From assembly GCA_973895155.1 (NCBI GenBank), contig OZ316899.1, positions 12,837,934 to 12,901,933 on the forward strand: a stretch of 64,000 nucleotides of DNA, read 5' to 3'. Made by a program: the position numbers and the translations under genes. This document shows positions 24,897-38,300 of the stretch, one piece after another. The notes beneath the pieces were generated by a model, which worked only from the letters and a program-made list of their open reading frames with translations, was not told the DNA's origin and did not search any database. Within the stretch, counting starts at the first letter, position 1, and every line of letters starts with the position of its first letter. The DNA is from Marsupella aquatica. Its lineage: Eukaryota > Plantae > Marchantiophyta.

Positions 24897-27800
24897 GTCA
24901 CCCTGTAGGCACTATCACCATCCTTCACTCAAAGTGATTCCCATATGCTCTCATCCATTTGTAACTCTTCACTTTCAGGCTAGGGGCATTAGACAATAGG
25001 TAAACGTCTGCATCCGTGTTTGGGTGGGTCTCGTGATGCTCTCTAATTGCCACTCTGATCCACTCCATGAAACCTGGAAAAGTTGTTCCTGCAAGAGGAT
25101 GGGCCACCTTCAATGACTCATACTCCCTGAACAAACAACCACACAACATTAGCTTGGCTAATATGAACAGGCTGAAAGAGAAAATCACACCCACACAACA
25201 TTTAAGCTCATGAACCGGATTATAGCACATGTATGCACTCATTGTATCCAGGGTTCCATCACCACAGTGTTGTGCAATACAAAGTCATGATTGTGCCAAG
25301 TCTCTCATAGATATGGCCAGGTTCTTTGTGGTTGCAGTCCCTTCCAGTACTTCACCTATCACGCCTTCCTCCTCCTCAGAATTCCACACCGTGGTCTTCA
25401 CATGCTCATATTGTGCTATGTATTCGGTCAGAAATCCCAGAGGCTCGTCCTTGATGTAACCTTTAGCCATGCTTGCTTCAGGTTTGTAATATGTTCTCAC
25501 GTGACCTTTGAGTAGCTTCATGTACCGTTCCAAAGGGTACAACCAACGATCACTCATAGGAACATGAACTCTTGAACACTCACAGGAACATGAGTTCTTC
25601 CACAACATGGACAAGTAGGTGAGTCATGACATCAAAAAATTCTGGAGGAAAATAAATCTCCAGGCCACACAGCACCTGAGCAACATCTTCTGTTAGTTGT
25701 GGGAAGTGGGTTTCATCCCAAACCTTCACACAAATACGACAAAACACATCACTGAGTCGCATGATCACATTACAAATAGGCTTCTGCAACAGGCCCCTCG
25801 GGCATAAAGGCAACACCTGTTGCATCAACATATGGTAGTCATGGCTTTTCATACTACCAAGCTTTCTAGTCATGATATGCTTCTTGAAAGCACTGCCATA
25901 GTTCGAAGGAACCTTTAAAGAACTCAACCTCTGCACAAATAGTTTCCACTCTGTGTCTATCAGAACATAGGGCGCTTGGTACTTCAAGAGCACATCAGCT
26001 CTATGGGCATGTGGCCTCAACCAAAGATGGGGTTTCATTCCCCTTTGTTCAAGATCCAATCTCATAGAACCTGTGTCTTTCTCTCCACACAAGAATCTGA
26101 GTAGACTCTTACAAATATTCTTCTCAATGTACATAACATCAATGTTATGTTTGCTTGGCTCAAACTCTTGCACCGTTGCAATGCAAGAGCGTCAACAAAT
26201 GCCTCAAGTTTAGTCTCTCTCTTCAAAATGAATGCACATGCTCTGAACCAAAAGATGTATCCCAATTAGCATCAACTCCAACAGACTTACCCTCCAATAC
26301 TTGAGCTCCAAGTCCAATATGCTCTGTCTTTTTACACCATATCGCTTTATTGGATCACTCACTCCATCTTCCTTGCCCCCTCGTTTGATATAGTCATCCC
26401 TCAGTGCTCCCCACTGCCTAATCTCCTCTTTGGTCACTTGTGCCAAGGGTCCATGTTGCTCAATCTCATTGTCAAAGTGTGCAATCAATGCCTGTCTTTC
26501 TCTGTAAGGGTGATCTGCCTTCAAAAAACAACAATGGTCCATGTATATCACTTTCTACAGGGCTCTGGAGTACTCACTGATGACATTACGCCCACAGATA
26601 GTACAAGCACAATATCCTTTTGTTGTTTGGCCTGATATTATCCCATGGGCTGGATAGTCAGCTATAGTCAAAATGATGATGGCTCTAAGGATGAATGGGT
26701 TTAACCTCCCAAGCCTCTGTAGGACATCATATGTGAGAACTCCTTCCTCCCAAACCTTTCTCAATTCCTCCACTAGGGGAGCCAAAAACACATCTAGTTG
26801 GCAGATACAGCACTGTCTGGCCCTGGTATTAGTAGGACCATCAGAACAAAAAACCGCTTTGTAGTCATCCAAGGAGGAAGGTTATAATTCAAAATAGTTA
26901 CAGGCCAGCACAAAAATTTGTTGTTCTTGTCTCCAAATGGGTTTACCCCATCCAATGGAGCCCAAGTCTGACATTCCTTGGCTCAGCAGCAAATTTGGGA
27001 TACATCTCATCTATGAGTTTCCACTGCCTTGAATCTGTAGCATCTTGATGTAGCCCATCAACACTTTTCTTGTCAGCTGCCCAAGTCATCATCTCAGAGA
27101 TGGCACGGCTTCTGAAGATCTGCTGAAGTCTAGGAATGAGTGGAAAATGACGAAGTACCTTGGCGAGAACCATAGACTTTCCTGAGTTCCGATACTTGTG
27201 CTTCCCACACTTAGGGCATGTCAACTGTCGTGGAGGGTAACTCACGGGTAGCACACAACCCAAGCAAAGATATTGCTATCTCTACCAGTTCGTTCCCATG
27301 GAAGAGCTTAGGGTGGGACCGCAAGCAGAAGACGGATGAACAAACCTTTTAGAAACCAAACAAAACCCCACCTCTATCTTCCAAGAGGTTGGAGAGTTTT
27401 CTCCACTTCAAAACAATAGACTACAACGACAAAACAACAAGACCTAACTCTCCACAAGGGACAGACCCCCCCCTCATGAGAGTGCCAAATTTACTAAAGT
27501 TCTTTACACAAGGTGACCAGGGAAAACCTGTAAGAAATCACCCTGCTAAAAGCTCACTGGAACAAACCATGTTGTTGGGGTCACATCAGCTCCTCCTACC
27601 ATCAATTGGTTTGCAGAACAAAACTAGGGGCTGAGCCCATTGTACTTGACTGCCACCCAATCTCAAGCACCCAATTTTCAGCAGCCCTTGACCAAATCAA
27701 TACTTCTTGTCACCTCCCAGCTCTAAAGATTTAGATTGTCACTCCTGGGGGTGTCTACTAACTCCGGCCAACAAAACAGCCAAATCAGGACAGCAAATAC

Positions 27801-30800
27801 ACATGGTGAGAAGGTTGCACTTTCAAATTTACTAAAGTACTCCAAACACAACGACCAGGGAAAACCTGTAATCGCTTTGCCAAAAGTCCACAGCTAGAGA
27901 CACCAAAGCACCATAAAGAATTGCCAATACGCTGCCCAAGTATACTGCCCGAACCAGGGAAAACCTGAAATCACAACACAATATTCTCTCCTCACTAAAC
28001 CTCTAGAAAATCAACCAGATTGGGTACAAGGTAACATCCAGGTACTCAATCTCTCTAAAGCTCAATTCTCATGTCAACTACAGAATTGGAGTCATAGCAA
28101 AGAAGGATGCAAGAAAATTAAAATTTGTGTAACATCATAAATTTTCCTTATACAAATGGAACCTCTGTCCAGGGTCCTTCTCCTCACTTCTCTACAACTA
28201 TCCAACTCTGGGATCATATGCTTGTTGATGTTAGTTTCCACTCCATGTGGGTGAAGTTTTCACTAAGCAACCAGGCATTTGTCCCTCCACACAAGAAACT
28301 ACAATCCTTAAATATTTTTCAGCCACTCCAATCCACTCCAATCCAATCCTCACCATGGGATGAGTGTTCCCCTCTCTTACTAGCTCCTAATCAAGCTCCT
28401 ACTTCCATTCAATCCTCGTCCATGTGCTTCAAATCATAGAATCGAATTTCGCGTAGAAAAATTGGAAGCTGCAGACCCCCCTCCGGCATCTGATTTTTCT
28501 CTCACCAACCAGACCTCGGTTGGTGCTCATAATTTGCCAGAAGGTGCGCTTACTTCCCTTCTACCTCCACAAAACATATCAGCTAATTTGGTCTAGCAAA
28601 TGTGGCTCCAGAAAAATATTTGGTGTTGCTGATTTTTCCTATTATTCGTTTCCGGGAATTTCAACTTCGGCGACTTGTGAGTGGAACTTCTAACTCCATT
28701 TCGACCTTCCCTTCCAACCTACCACCTTCTTTCTCATGTGCTTCCCACTCACAACTAATCACCATCACCATCTTCCCATCAATCAATTGATTACAACAAC
28801 ATTTGTTTGCTTGAAGGGTGTTTAGGGTGCGAAATCAGATTTGTACCAAAAGCTAGAAAGCTATAGACCCCCCTCCGGCATCCGATTTTTCTCTCACCAA
28901 CCAGACCTCGGTTGGTGCTCATAATTTTCCAGAAGGTGCGCCTACTTCCCTTCTACCTCCACAAAACATATCATCCAATTTGGTCGAGCGAATGTGGCTC
29001 CAGAGTTGCTGATTTTTCCTACCACGAGTTTTCCACGATTTTGACTTTGACAACTTGCGATTCGACATTATCTCTCCAATTCGACTTGTCTTTCCAGGCC
29101 ACGATTGCTTCACTTCATTTCTTGCAACTGATGACCACCTAATCCACCATATCTCATCAATCAATTGTTGATGGAGTCTTCACTCCTACTTAACTCCATA
29201 TTTCAATCAGTCTTATCACCAACTAAGTAATTTCCTAATTTTTTCCCTCTTTTGATTCATCTACCTCTTCTTTCCTCTTCTTTTGACTACCCTCATCCAC
29301 ATGAGAGTACCATCTTTAGGAGTACCCCTCTTTTCACTCAGGATTTACCCCCTGGTTAACTCACAACAAAACGGCCAAACGGCTTAGTGGCCTAGTGGTT
29401 TTGCGGCAAAAATACTAGATGCCTATTCCTTGAAATTTTTAAAAATCTAACCTGAACTCCGTTTGTGTTGAAATTTTGCTAGTGCGTTTCCTCTACCTAT
29501 AATCTATTACCTGACAAAAACTCAAACTTTTTGGACTAATCTAAGTCTACCAATAAAATACCTAAAGATGATAATTTAGTATAAAGTTGTAAAAACATAA
29601 AACTATTCTAAGTGTAAAAAAACCAAAGTGTTAATATGCGAAACAAAAATGACCATAACTTCCTAACGACATGTCCGTTTGTCTTATATTTTCTTGGGTA
29701 GATTTCTCTATCTAAAATCTATCTACTCATCAAAATTTGAGAGTTTTTCATGACCTACAAAGATTTGATTAAAATATCACAAAAGGCTACTCTGCCTTAA
29801 AATTATCACTATTAACTTCTCACTTAATCTTCTAGATTCAAAGTTGACCAAGGCCTAAAGCCTTCAACTACACTGAAATTACATAGAAAAAGGTAACTAT
29901 AAGTCTTAATAAGCTCAAAAATTAACTAACGGCCCTGTGTGACACCTTTAAGGGGGCGCACATCAACGATGCTGCATACTCCTTTCTAAAAAGAACATGC
30001 CCACCAGGACAGGCATGGATGGAATCATAGTTCAATCCAAGATTAGAGATGCATCTTTTTGCCTCGTACATGTTCTTGGGGAAAATATTACCATCTGGTA
30101 GCACAATTGTTCGCAAGAATGCCAACAACTCAGAAACTAAAACGTTGGGGACATTATGGTTGCCACAAATGTTCAAGAACATGATGACAAATCCTAATTT
30201 AGAACATTTGCTATCGGGGTACAAAGACTTCCTGCCTTCTTGTATTTGTAGGGGAGAGCCAAACATCCCATCATGCCCAGGGGTTTCCTGCCCTATCTCA
30301 AACTCATCAAGAGGCTCTTCAACAGGGTGCACACTTGCATTAGCAGCCGTACCCTCTTCGTTGTCCAACCCATCGTGAAATGCATCCAAGTCTTGGAAGA
30401 TGTCTCTCACCATGTTTTCCACATGAATTCCTTCGTCACGTGGTGTTGCCTGAGCACCATCCCGTTGGAGGGCTGACAACCCACAGAGACCAGCTACAAC
30501 ATTGTCAAACACACCAGGCAGAACCTCACTTGCCCGTCTTGCAGCATTGGCAGCATCAAATTCTAACCTCCACTCCTTGTTGGAAGAATCTTCCTCTGCA
30601 GGATCATTCCAAACTTGATGTCGTGGATCTCTTCCATGAACCGCGATGTGCCGCCAAACCTCATTCAGACCCTTGGTATGGGATCCTTGGTAGAGTGCAC
30701 AAGGACATCTCATCCTACTGGCTCCTGAAAGTCTGGTTCTTAACCTTTCACACTGTCAAAGCTTATTATCATGGCGTGAAATCCTTGTGGGATGATGCAA

Positions 30801-30848
30801 AGGCAGTGCCCTGGGCTGGGTTTGAGGAGGGTGGTGACCAGGGTGCAT
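24897..30848 (-). pseudogene. CACTA TnpD transposase 2 (transposase-associated, Transposase_21, DUF4218, start of DUF4216), split by a solo LTR
   Basis: MRCPC..HIAVHG, IHACPGG, FPLIPRL, RNVRLGL, IADYPA, MKSHDYH, FFDVMTHL, WLYPLERYMK, PEASMAKGY. Removing 27226-29962 restores EYAASLTCPKC. Confidence 0.92.
27226..29962. mobile_element. Solo LTR (~2.7 kb)
   Basis: TG...CA ends. TSD TCAAC at 27221-27225 and 29963-29967. Non-coding. Internal direct repeat at about 28470-28600 and 28865-28995. Confidence 0.88.
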
Positions 30849-31190
30849 TGTAACAGGCTGGAAGCTCTGCAATCATGGACAACAGTGAAAAAGGATGCCT
30901 ACTGGTGGTATTTGTGTTCCATCCCTGACTGTATGTGCCAAAAGAGTTAACATAACGTGTAATAAAGGGACACAAACCCTAAACCACCCCAAAACAAACA
31001 AACAGGTTATTGAGTCGTGTACCTATTCTCAAGGGAATGAGACAAAATTCCTAAATGTTGGAGGTTGTCACCACCTCCTCCGCTGTCCTCAAATGTACCG
31101 CCTCTGCATGTACACCCATGACCATATCAGAGTCCAATCATGTATAGTCATAGGCACAAGTGTGACTGTGGTATCAGATATCTCACCTTA

Positions 31191-31655
31191 TTACCAGGTG
31201 AGATATAGGTACCAACCCTGTTCTCGATGCCACTCAGACCTCAGGTACTGAGGCATGTACATTAAATCATCAAGGTCTAAACCCTGCTCATGCCATGGGG
31301 GTCTTGCATCCGTGCCTACAAGCAGTGGATGCAATGCCCTCCACTGGGGGCAAGTTGCTACCAAGTCCCTCCACCGGGTACTAATTAGTCTATAATTGCA
31401 GATATCTTGTGCGATAGACACCACCAGAACCCTAGGCCACACCTCTGTAACTATTAAATCATCTGGCAAAGCATGCAACAGGGAAGTGCCTATAGGATTG
31501 TCTGACTCATCTGCTGTAAAATAAATGTCATCATCCTTTGTATCCTCATTCACCATAGAATTGACAGCACGTTGGAGGTCTGCAGGCATTCCCTTAGTTG
31601 GGTCCAGATTATGTTTCATTACCAAACCACATAGGTAAGCCCAAACAGTAGCCAT
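31191..31655 (-). CDS. F-box-like protein (154 aa), probable CACTA cargo
   Basis: LLHALPDDLIVTEVWPRV...YRLISTRWRDLV fits the F-box pattern LPxxL...W..L. Frame is open. Confidence 0.6.
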   Translation of the reverse strand: MATVWAYLCGLVMKHNLDPTKGMPADLQRAVNSMVNEDTKDDDIYFTADESDNPIGTSLLHALPDDLIVTEVWPRVLVVSIAQDICNYRLISTRWRDLVATCPQWRALHPLLVGTDARPPWHEQGLDLDDLMYMPQYLRSEWHREQGWYLYLTW

Positions 31656-32014
31656 GCAGGTGGCTACCCATAGGAGGATCCTATGGGTAGCCTACCGGTT
31701 TGGAAAAGGCAACATACCCACCAAAGTGTTTTGCCAAAATGTGCAAGTTGAACACAATAGAGGCCACCAATTAAGTAGGTTGACAGTCACACCCCAAGCA
31801 ACAGGAAACAACAATCCGCTTACACGAAAAGCACTTCAACTGTGACCAACCATAACAAGCTCAATCAGTTCAAAGATCACATTTATTACAAAATTGTGAT
31901 TTATACAAAATTTTCCATGACATGGGGCTCCTACTCCTCACTCTGTTCCATCATTGCTAAGCTCCCATTCCTCATACATGGTGACATAATCTTCCGCATA
32001 AGGGTCTGACCCTT

Positions 32015-32982
32015 TCATGGCCAGGCCTCAAAAATATCAAAGTCCCAATGGTTCTGTTGCTTACCTGCTGCTGTTGATACCAAAATCCAACCAGGGGAAA
32101 CCACAAAGACATTGTTGTTCATGACAGACGAACGAATCTCACCCTTCCCTAATTTTTGGCAAGCTTTAGGGTATGACATAGCAACAACATGAGTGGAGGT
32201 GTTTGAGAGACTGCCCTCCAATTTCCCACCCAGGCTCTCAAGGATTGTGTCCTTGTACATTTTGCACTTACTCTCTCCAATTCCCTCCTCCACAAATACC
32301 ACTTTGACCCCCTTGAAAATGGGTTTTCCCTGCTTCTATTGCCTCCTTGGATGGTGTCCTATGCTGACAAGAGGTCCCCACTGGGCAGAAGCAAGCTTGG
32401 TTGCCTCTGCCTTTGCTTCGTATACTTCCTGTTCAGCCAAAGCTTCTACAGTGGCCTCCTCACATTCCCACAATTCATACTCCTCAGTATTTTGTATAGA
32501 CCCCTGTTTTAGTGAATCGGTCAGCCAAGAGGCCTCAACTACTTTTAGACCTTGCTCAGTAATGGCAGAATTGATGAACGACCATGACCACTTACTTCTT
32601 CATCACTAATAGCCATGTCCCTGCAACAACATGTGTAGTTTGTGGAGTGATATCTTCAACTTCAGTGCCATGGAGCTCAGAGAATCATTTCCGCAGGATT
32701 GGCCAACTGACTTTGGTGAACCCATAGTAGCCAGGAACCAAAATGGCATTGATTCCAGCAAAAACAGAGGGGTTGTCAACCTTTCTACGTTCTCCAAGGG
32801 CCATGTACACACACCCTACCTGATCCAAGTAGATTACTAGATGAATGTGTTCACCTGACAATCAAAGGGCTCCTAAAGTCTTTCCCTTTTTCAGTTGCTC
32901 CAGTGCAGTCCAGTCCTCTGGGATGTGCTCCAATTCCGAAAAGAACAGCAATTGTGACAAATGCACAAACAAGGCTAGGCAC
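32015..32982 (-). pseudogene. Exon with two BRCT-like repeats
   Basis: SVFAGI...ITPQTTHVVA...KVVEASWLTDSLKQG and PIFKGVKVVFV...LGGKLEGSLSNTSTHVVA...VVSPGWI. Several stops and a frameshift. Acceptor at 32983 is in phase with the donor at 33414. Confidence 0.7.
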
Positions 32983-33414
32983 CTACAAGGATGAACCTCA
33001 TAACTTGAATATGCAACATAGGAGATATTGAACATGAAAACTAGTGTAATTGCTTTATGATCGATGTCACATGTAATCAGTAAATTTCAAATGAGGGTCC
33101 ATTCAATGGAAATTAAGAAGTTCATCCGAATCATGGATTTGTCATACATTAAAAAAGTCTTGAACTTTATATGTTCATAATAATAAGTCTGTCATTTAAT
33201 TTAAGCAATGTCTTGGAAGTCTTTAATTCTCAAAATGATTGATCAATCTTAAGAGATCCTTGAAGGCTTCAGAAAAGTTTTTGGAGACATGTACCCAGTC
33301 ACATGAAAGCACAGGATAACTGTTGCCTAATGTCCCTTCTGATCAAAACTGATATCGCTGCAATCTCCAAATAGTACATCCACATTAGGGACACTGTGCA
33401 TACACATAGTTTAC

Positions 33415-34096
33415 CTTGAAAGCCAAGATATGTGATCCCTGACAGGAGTGTGCAAAGTAGGATTGATGGGATGGCGATGACAATAAAAGATCCATTGATC
33501 TATGCCATGTGTAGAGTGATCATAGATTTGTCTATCACAAGCATACCCTTATGCTTGACGCTCCTTCAAGCAATGATAATGCCACATGGTGGGACACCCA
33601 ACACAGTGTACTATGTCTGTCCAATACTCTTCATCCTGCTCACCACATGCCTTGCACGTATGAAGTGGGCAAGCTGTGGCATGAGCAGGCAAACATGAGA
33701 AACAATAGAACCTCACACAAAATCTGTCAGGGCATTTCCAACATCTGGTTCCGCATCAGTAGAGCCCTCATGTGACCCCAACTTCCCACATTGTGCACAC
33801 TTAGCCTGATTCTCTACACAATCAGTGCACATCCAAGCTCCCTGGTGTGTAGAAGGGAGGCCCGCCCCTGGACAATTGTTCTCTGCAGCAAGGTGAGACT
33901 CAGGGTTGAGGTGGAAATGCCTCATGCATGGGCCGTCACAAATGGCCAATGCCCCACCATCATCACAAATGACACAACAATGAGCTGCCTTCTGGTAAAC
34001 CTGACCCCTGGAGAACTTCATACCACTTGGCCCGTACAAGAAGGTGTTGCTCACCTCTAGCTGAGACTTCTTGGCCTTCTTTTTGTTACGTGCCAT
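33415..34096 (-). pseudogene. EDM2-like composite PHD-finger exon
   Basis: CVICDDGGALAICDGPCMRHFH...CAQCGKLGS; after a 1-bp frameshift KCPDRFCVRFYC...CPLHTCKAC...CVGCPTMWHYHCL...IFYCHRHPINPTLHTPVRDHI. This parallels the EDM2 PHD region, which ends in TPVRDH. Confidence 0.82.
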
Positions 34097-34919
34097 GCCT
34101 ACAAATGAATAAGACAGTACAATTTAGCTGTATTACTACAAAGATATTTGTTGTTGGTCACTGGAATGAAGTGTTAGTATAGGATGGACACCAGACCTAC
34201 CTTGTTTGCTTTGGTCAGCCCACACATGGATCTGTTGCAATTGTTGTACCTATACCTTGATTCTGTATAGGTATGATGAAACCCTAAACTCTGCAACAAC
34301 AATTCATACAAGGATGTGAATAAGATACAATGTGAATGACATATAATACAAGGGTTTCCCCACACAAAGCAGACAATTTAGTGCAGCTATGGTATTCAGT
34401 GTTGTAGAGTAAAATCCTTTTTGCTTTTTGACTTTGAGAAAGTTGCTTGGAGGCAATGACACAGTTCAGACATTACAAGGATTCCACTGTGTGCTCTGTC
34501 TGGGCATGATGCAGTTGAATAGGTTGCAACAATTAAGGTGGCATAGCAATAGTTTATGAGCATGGAATGAATTATGCACAATCTTTGCAAGTTTTGTTGG
34601 CAAATATACTCATGAACAAACTTAATTAAAGAATGAAGGTGTTCAAGTTATAATTCATTGAGAAACTGGCCATGGTTCATTGAAGCAACTCACAAGAACA
34701 TGTTGGGTACTAATTCTGTAAATGAATTATAAAAAAGTTTGAAGTATTTCAACTTTTAGGTCAATGACTTAGTAGCCAGGTTCATATTCCAAAAATTCCT
34801 ACCAAAATGTATCCCAATCATGGAAGACCATTCAAAACTGTGACTAATACTGCAATGAACACCTTTGTTCAGTTCAAGTGAGTGTTGCAAGTATAGCCTA
34901 CTGTGGAATCCGATGTCAT

Positions 34920-35357
34920 TCAAGGATTTGGTCTTTGCCCTTTTGGATACAAGGGAGCCAAATGAACAAATGGGTGCATTGGACAGTCTGTCCTTTCTCC
35001 AGGTTCCAGAATATCTAGATCATGGTTCCAGACTGTAACACAAAGCACCCTTCTCCAATGTGACTCCAAACCTGGCCCTGAAGTTGGCCCTCCAATGGGG
35101 GGCCTACATCTACTGCAGTCAACCTCACAAGTGCGTAGGCACCCCTCATATGTGATAGTGTCAGACATAAATCTGATAGCATCAGGCATAAAGGATCTCG
35201 TGGTAGGTGGACGGCTATAGGTATTCCGTTCTTTCTTGGCCCACACCCATTCATAAAGAGACACGGCTAGCAAGAGGCATTTTCAAACCATATAAAGTTG
35301 CAATTTCTTGGCTCTCCTACACAGGTCTGGCCAGTGACTACTCCAAGTTCGGGCCAT
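34920..35357 (-). pseudogene. Orphan ORF (~145 codons, one TGA)
   Basis: ATG 35357 is in frame with ORF 35273-34920 and lies 21 nt after a TTTTTTCAG acceptor. No recognisable domain. Confidence 0.4.
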
Positions 35358-38300
35358 GACAGTTGAGTGTAGATGCAGCTGAAAAAATGTTAGCATTGCA
35401 AAACCAACTTTGGTGAGGACACAGTATCCATTCAGCACGACAACCATGTTCTGTATTCATTCAGCACAATATCCATGTTTTGTGCAGTGGAATGGAAAAC
35501 TTGACCAGGGATGCATCACACTCTAATTAACTGCTAGGCACATGAAACATATGCCCAATGCATGCTCATTGTAGTACCCAAAATTAAACACAACTCTTTG
35601 AATGACCTGAGTTGGAAGTTTTATGACCTTGGCTTCTCCTTGCACTACTTCAACAAAGCTAATACACTCCACATTGTTGTTTTAGTCAAAATAGTAGTAC
35701 ACTCTTTTTGTACGACTTGTCAGCCCACAACTGAGCCCTAACAGTGAACGTTCAGCTTCAGCGTGAGTTTAGCCTTTTTTGTATCCATTTCGTTGAACTG
35801 TCAGATGTCATAAGGATGAGGCTGATGAAGTCTTGGGTCCATTGGACAGGAGGGAGGTTCTGGTTGACTTTGAACGTGTCGATCATGGTTCCAACCTATA
35901 CAAATGACTCTACTATAAAACAAGCCTGGGCATGCTATGATTGAGTAAACTACAATTGAGTTACTCCAGTGACCACCGTGCAGTATGCACAGTCCACCTC
36001 ACAGCTATGGAGACAGCCCTCCACTATGATGGTGTCCATGTGTACCACACCATCGTGCACTGGGACAAACCTGATACGTGTGGCATGGCAGGTATGTTGG
36101 GTTCCGATGGACTATACGTGTTCCTGCCACCTTGCTCAATGAACCCCCAAATAACTGCAGACTGGTGTGGAATGAGACCTCTCCCCACCATAGTCAAACG
36201 CAACCTCTCACCTCCATGTGTGAGTTGTTCCCAGTGTGTGTGCGAAGGGATGACCATAGCTACAATGAATAGTGAACACCACTGATTGTCAACAATAGTG
36301 GATTACCTGAGTGTCCTGAGCCTTGGTCCTACCGTTGTAGTTCTATGATGAGAGGAAATGCTCTGCGGGTTCTCAATAGGCAGGAGCTCTGCATCAAATA
36401 AGAAAATAATCAGAAAAGGTGCAACACATAATTTATAGTTATGATCTTGATAGTTAGACGTCATTGCTTACATGTGCTGCCATAAACCTTACTCCAAGTG
36501 TTTGGAGAACATGGTTCTTGTACTATTTACCCAAGTGACTGTTTTTGTACAACTTGTCAGCCCACAATTGACCCCAGACAATGGTCATCGAGGCAATGGT
36601 CACTAGCAGCATGGAAAAAATATAAAATCATCTTTCAGAAAGTGGGCCGATCTAATTTGGTAACGTTCAGTACACACTGCCTCAAACCCCATTCTTGTAT
36701 TATCTTAGGCACGCAAATGGTGTGAAGTTGTTGGAGGAAAGCAGAGGAAACCCGTCCTGCAGAGAGAAACATAACCTAAAACCTTGCATCTCATTCCTGT
36801 ATTATCTTCACAGCAAAATGTTTGACGAATGCAAGCGGAGGTGCAAGAATTCAACTATGAGTGAGACACTGGAATCCTTACTGACCTTAAACCTTACTCC
36901 GGGAGACCCAGGAAATGGCTTCAATCTGTTGTTTTTTGCTACTGCAGCCAAATGTGTAATTCATTAGCAGGAATCGCTGGGAATCATATTCATGTGAGTC
37001 CTGTACCTCATTCATTTCCTCATTATTTTCCCCAGCTCAAATATTGGACTGCCATTTAGTTTCTTTAAGCCTGTCTTCTCTAACACCATGGAAGATTCAA
37101 CTTACTGAGTAATGACTTGAACTAGAGCGAACTAGAAGGAACGGAACATCTCACAACATCATGGACAATTTACAGTGACAAAATACAAGCTATAGAACAG
37201 GATACAGAAGAGGACATGGCAAAAAGGACGAGTTGTAGGCTTGGAACAAGAAGAATGACAGAGAGACTCCGCCGTCTATCTTACCTTCACAAACTCTGAA
37301 AGTTTTTACAAGCATTACAATGTGCAAATGAATGAGCTCTCAAGACCAAAAACATTCTCGCCTACACTGAAACATAGTCCACAAACTCTGTACCCAACCG
37401 CTGTTGGAGGAGCTCAAATGAGCTGTGTAGGCCCTCGACTCAGTCAGCTTGGTTCACCTTGCCTCTACTCTTGCCAGCTCCACCTTTAAGCCTCCCAGTC
37501 AAACCTGCCCAATCAAAGTATACAATGCAAATGCCTGCGCAAATAGTTTAAATTGAACTTACCTCACTCACTGTCGCAACACTGTTGTCCCTTCGCGCAC
37601 TCCCTGGTTGGTCGTAGTTTGTAGCTCAGTAGCTTGATCACTGAATGTAGCAGTTCACTTCAGCTCGGTCGACTACGTTGACCTTACAGAGCTCAATGTG
37701 AGGCACACCTGAGAGCAAGAATGACAGGCTTCCTTTGGTGAATGTTGCTTAGCAACATGAAAGAAACAAATCACTTGCAGTTCTTGCACCTCACTGACAT
37801 TCATCAAATCAATCAAAGCACATTCCCCACAATCGATTGAAAAAGCACATTCAACCTGAGCTGCAAGTCTTACAAGTCCTCAGTGAATTATTTCATATGG
37901 AGACAAAGCTGGTCAATTGTCTCTTGGAACTTCTTCCAATACTGTGACCTTTTTTGAGACAGATTCATACTCATGTCACAACAGAGTTTTGACTGGTGAG
38001 CTCAAAAGAAATTGCACAAACTATACAAATTCTGAAATACCTGCCACGAGATTAGACCATTTGGTGCCCCCATACCAACAGATACCGCACATGAGCTGTT
38101 GTACTTGTGTAGCTCATCCTAGACACTTGATTCCAAGAGTTGGCCAAGGAATCACTTTTGTAGCTGATTGTGAAGACCGCGAGGAGAAGACGAGAGGAGA
38201 AGAGGAGAGCAGACGGAGCGGAGAAGGAAGTCTACTGTGGCAGGGACTGCACCCAAGCTCAGACTGTGTATAGTCCTCCTCGGATGGCCTATCCGGGCCT

